Assembly (NCBI GenBank): GCA_003971905.1
Contig: RSEE01000008.1
Coordinates: forward strand, 992,001 to 1,056,000
Length of the DNA: 64,000 nucleotides
Reading direction: 5' to 3'
DNA from: Moniliella sp. 'wahieum'
Taxonomy: Eukaryota
Shown: positions 62,373 to 64,000 of the stretch, one piece after another
How the letters are laid out: each line of letters opens with the position of its first letter
Numbering within the stretch: the stretch's first letter is position 1
Program-made: the position numbers and the translations under genes
Notes under the pieces: generated by a model
What the model was told of the DNA's origin: nothing
Databases searched by the model: none
The model's input: only the letters and a program-made list of their open reading frames with translations

Positions 62373-64000
62373 ATGCTGGTCCGACGGCGATCCCCATGGT
62401 CCGCAGCGTTCGCCGGGACACGGCGTCCATGGGCGCCTGCGACCCGCGTTATTTTCTCTGCTTCCCTCTCTTCTGATCCACCATCTCGCCCCCGCCACCC
62501 GATACCGACGTTCTTGCCCCCGCCAGACGCCAGGCGGGCTTATGCATCCCTGTCTGCTCACCCGCCCGGAGCTACCCCATCTCCCCCCGTGCCGGCCCAG
62601 ACCCCCGTTGATGTATCGATTTGGTGGGATGTGGAGGTGCGTTTTCTTTCTATTGATTCGCTATGGATAGCCCTAAGCTGACAGAAGGTTGCCTCAGTCG
62701 TGCCCACCGCCTACGACGATCAGCTTTGCGGAGGCGCTCTGTGCGCTCTACAATGTAGCCAGTTGCCCTGGCGCCTTGGACAGTGGCATGGACTCGGTCG
62801 AATCTCCCATTCGGTCTGCCGTCGACGGCGAGCTCCTTGCATTTCGTGCCTACGGAGACTGGACCACTCGCTCCTCTCATCTTCTCCAGGGGCTCGAGTC
62901 GGCACCGGTTACCTTGCTCGAGGCCCCGTACGAAGGTATGATGCAGAAACTCACATCCGATATCCGCCTCATTACCGATGTCGTGGCATTTGCCGTTGCA
63001 CACAACGCCCGATTTGCTGGACAAACGGGATATCGCACGCGCCGCTCCAGCCGCAAGCTGAGGATCGTCTTGGCTCTGGGAACCGGGGACTACCAATACA
63101 CCATCCAGCAGCTCCAGCAATTGGGGCACGAGGTTGTCTTGATCATGCCTCGCCCATCCGTTCCCAATCCCGAGTCGCCGATGCTCAATATGTTTTCCAC
63201 TAACACCAAGGCGCAGGGGGGGCAACTTGATTGGCACGCGGATGTGTTACGTCCGCCATGGACCACCACCCCCCATCACCGGTCTTGATCATCCTGTCGA
63301 TATGCCGCTCTGGGCTCCTTTCCTCCAACGACCCGCCACGATTGGCCGATCTGCTGTGCACCCTGCGTCAGGTAAGAAGACGGGAGGTGTTGCGCGCGCG
63401 TTTCTTCCCCTCGTTCGAGCGTTGCTTCACCAGTCTCATTCGGGCAAATGGTTGAGTGAGCGCGAGCTTATCCTCATGGTCGACCTGGACGCATCAGTTA
63501 TGGGCACAGACAATTGGGGCCACTACCTTGATCGTGCAATAAAGGCGGGTCTTGTGTTGGCGCGTGTGCCGCAGGACAAAGAGCGGAAGGCGGCCAAGCT
63601 AGATGGCACACTCACCTTGCATCCCAAGTGGTACAAGACGTTGATTGACTTGGAACTTCGCTCATTTCCCTCTGTCCAAGCCGCTGCCGTGGCGAAAAGC
63701 CAGGGAGATGTGCCTTGGACCGATCAACAGTCCCACTTGGCCATCTGGACCGACGATCCAGTGAGTGTCTTTGGTCCTTTGGTGGAGACGCTCCTCGATC
63801 CTCAATTCGCTCACAACATGCCCACCCTCGAGCAAGTACGGGAGAGGCTGACACCCAATCTTACTACCGCTGCTGCCCATGTTGCTGGAGATGTGGGAGC
63901 GTACCTCGAACTGGCGGCCCAAGGAGGGCTCTTGGCATCCGACGAGTGGTCCCAGGGCATAATCAAATTGGCAAAAGACTGGTGGGATACGCTGTACTGT
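62373..64000 (+). CDS. NYN-domain (PIN-like, MARF1/limkain-b1 type) protein with two C-terminal winged-helix/LOTUS-like repeats (partial at the right edge)
   Basis: VSIWWDVE|SCPPP..FRAYGDW..VTLLEAP..SDIRLITDVVAFA..IVLALGTGDYQYTIQQLQQLGHEVVLI..LDW..DVL. The frame from about 63410 is open to the window end, with repeats PLVRALL..YLDRAIKAGLV..PKWY and PLVETLL..YLELAAQGGLL..KDWW. Confidence 0.78.

Overview
Eukaryotic, intron-containing, GC-rich fungal DNA. The gene set and short GT(A/G)xGT..CTRAC..YAG introns point to a basidiomycete, probably smut-like (Ustilaginomycotina; inference). About 20 protein genes are recognisable: PDR-type ABC transporter, MMS2, EFM3-like methyltransferase, TIM22, DH-PH RhoGEF, a homeodomain gene, DMT and APC permeases, cyclin C, PQ-loop protein, LSM8, ERV25, SUB2, a RING+RRM protein, an elongase, S1P lyase, PIK1, an IEC1-like zinc finger and an NYN protein. 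There is also one intron-containing tRNA-Asp. Nearly every gene, including essential ones, has single-base frameshifts, best explained as unpolished long-read assembly error, so CDS limits are approximate. The most interesting signals are not visible as whole ORFs in the track: (1) an orphan HD2/bW-like mating-type-style homeobox gene with His replacing the invariant Trp48 and no evident HD1 partner; (2) a Crypton/Ndc10-derived, apparently non-catalytic protein with an AT-hook-like motif and a GCR1_C domain, head-to-head with SUB2; (3) a CMC/Plavaka-like transposase relic, followed by a ladder of orphan introns and a 23-bp minisatellite; (4) an NYN nuclease with winged-helix-like repeats abutting, and possibly fused to, IEC1. 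All family assignments come from motif recognition by eye; no database search was run.
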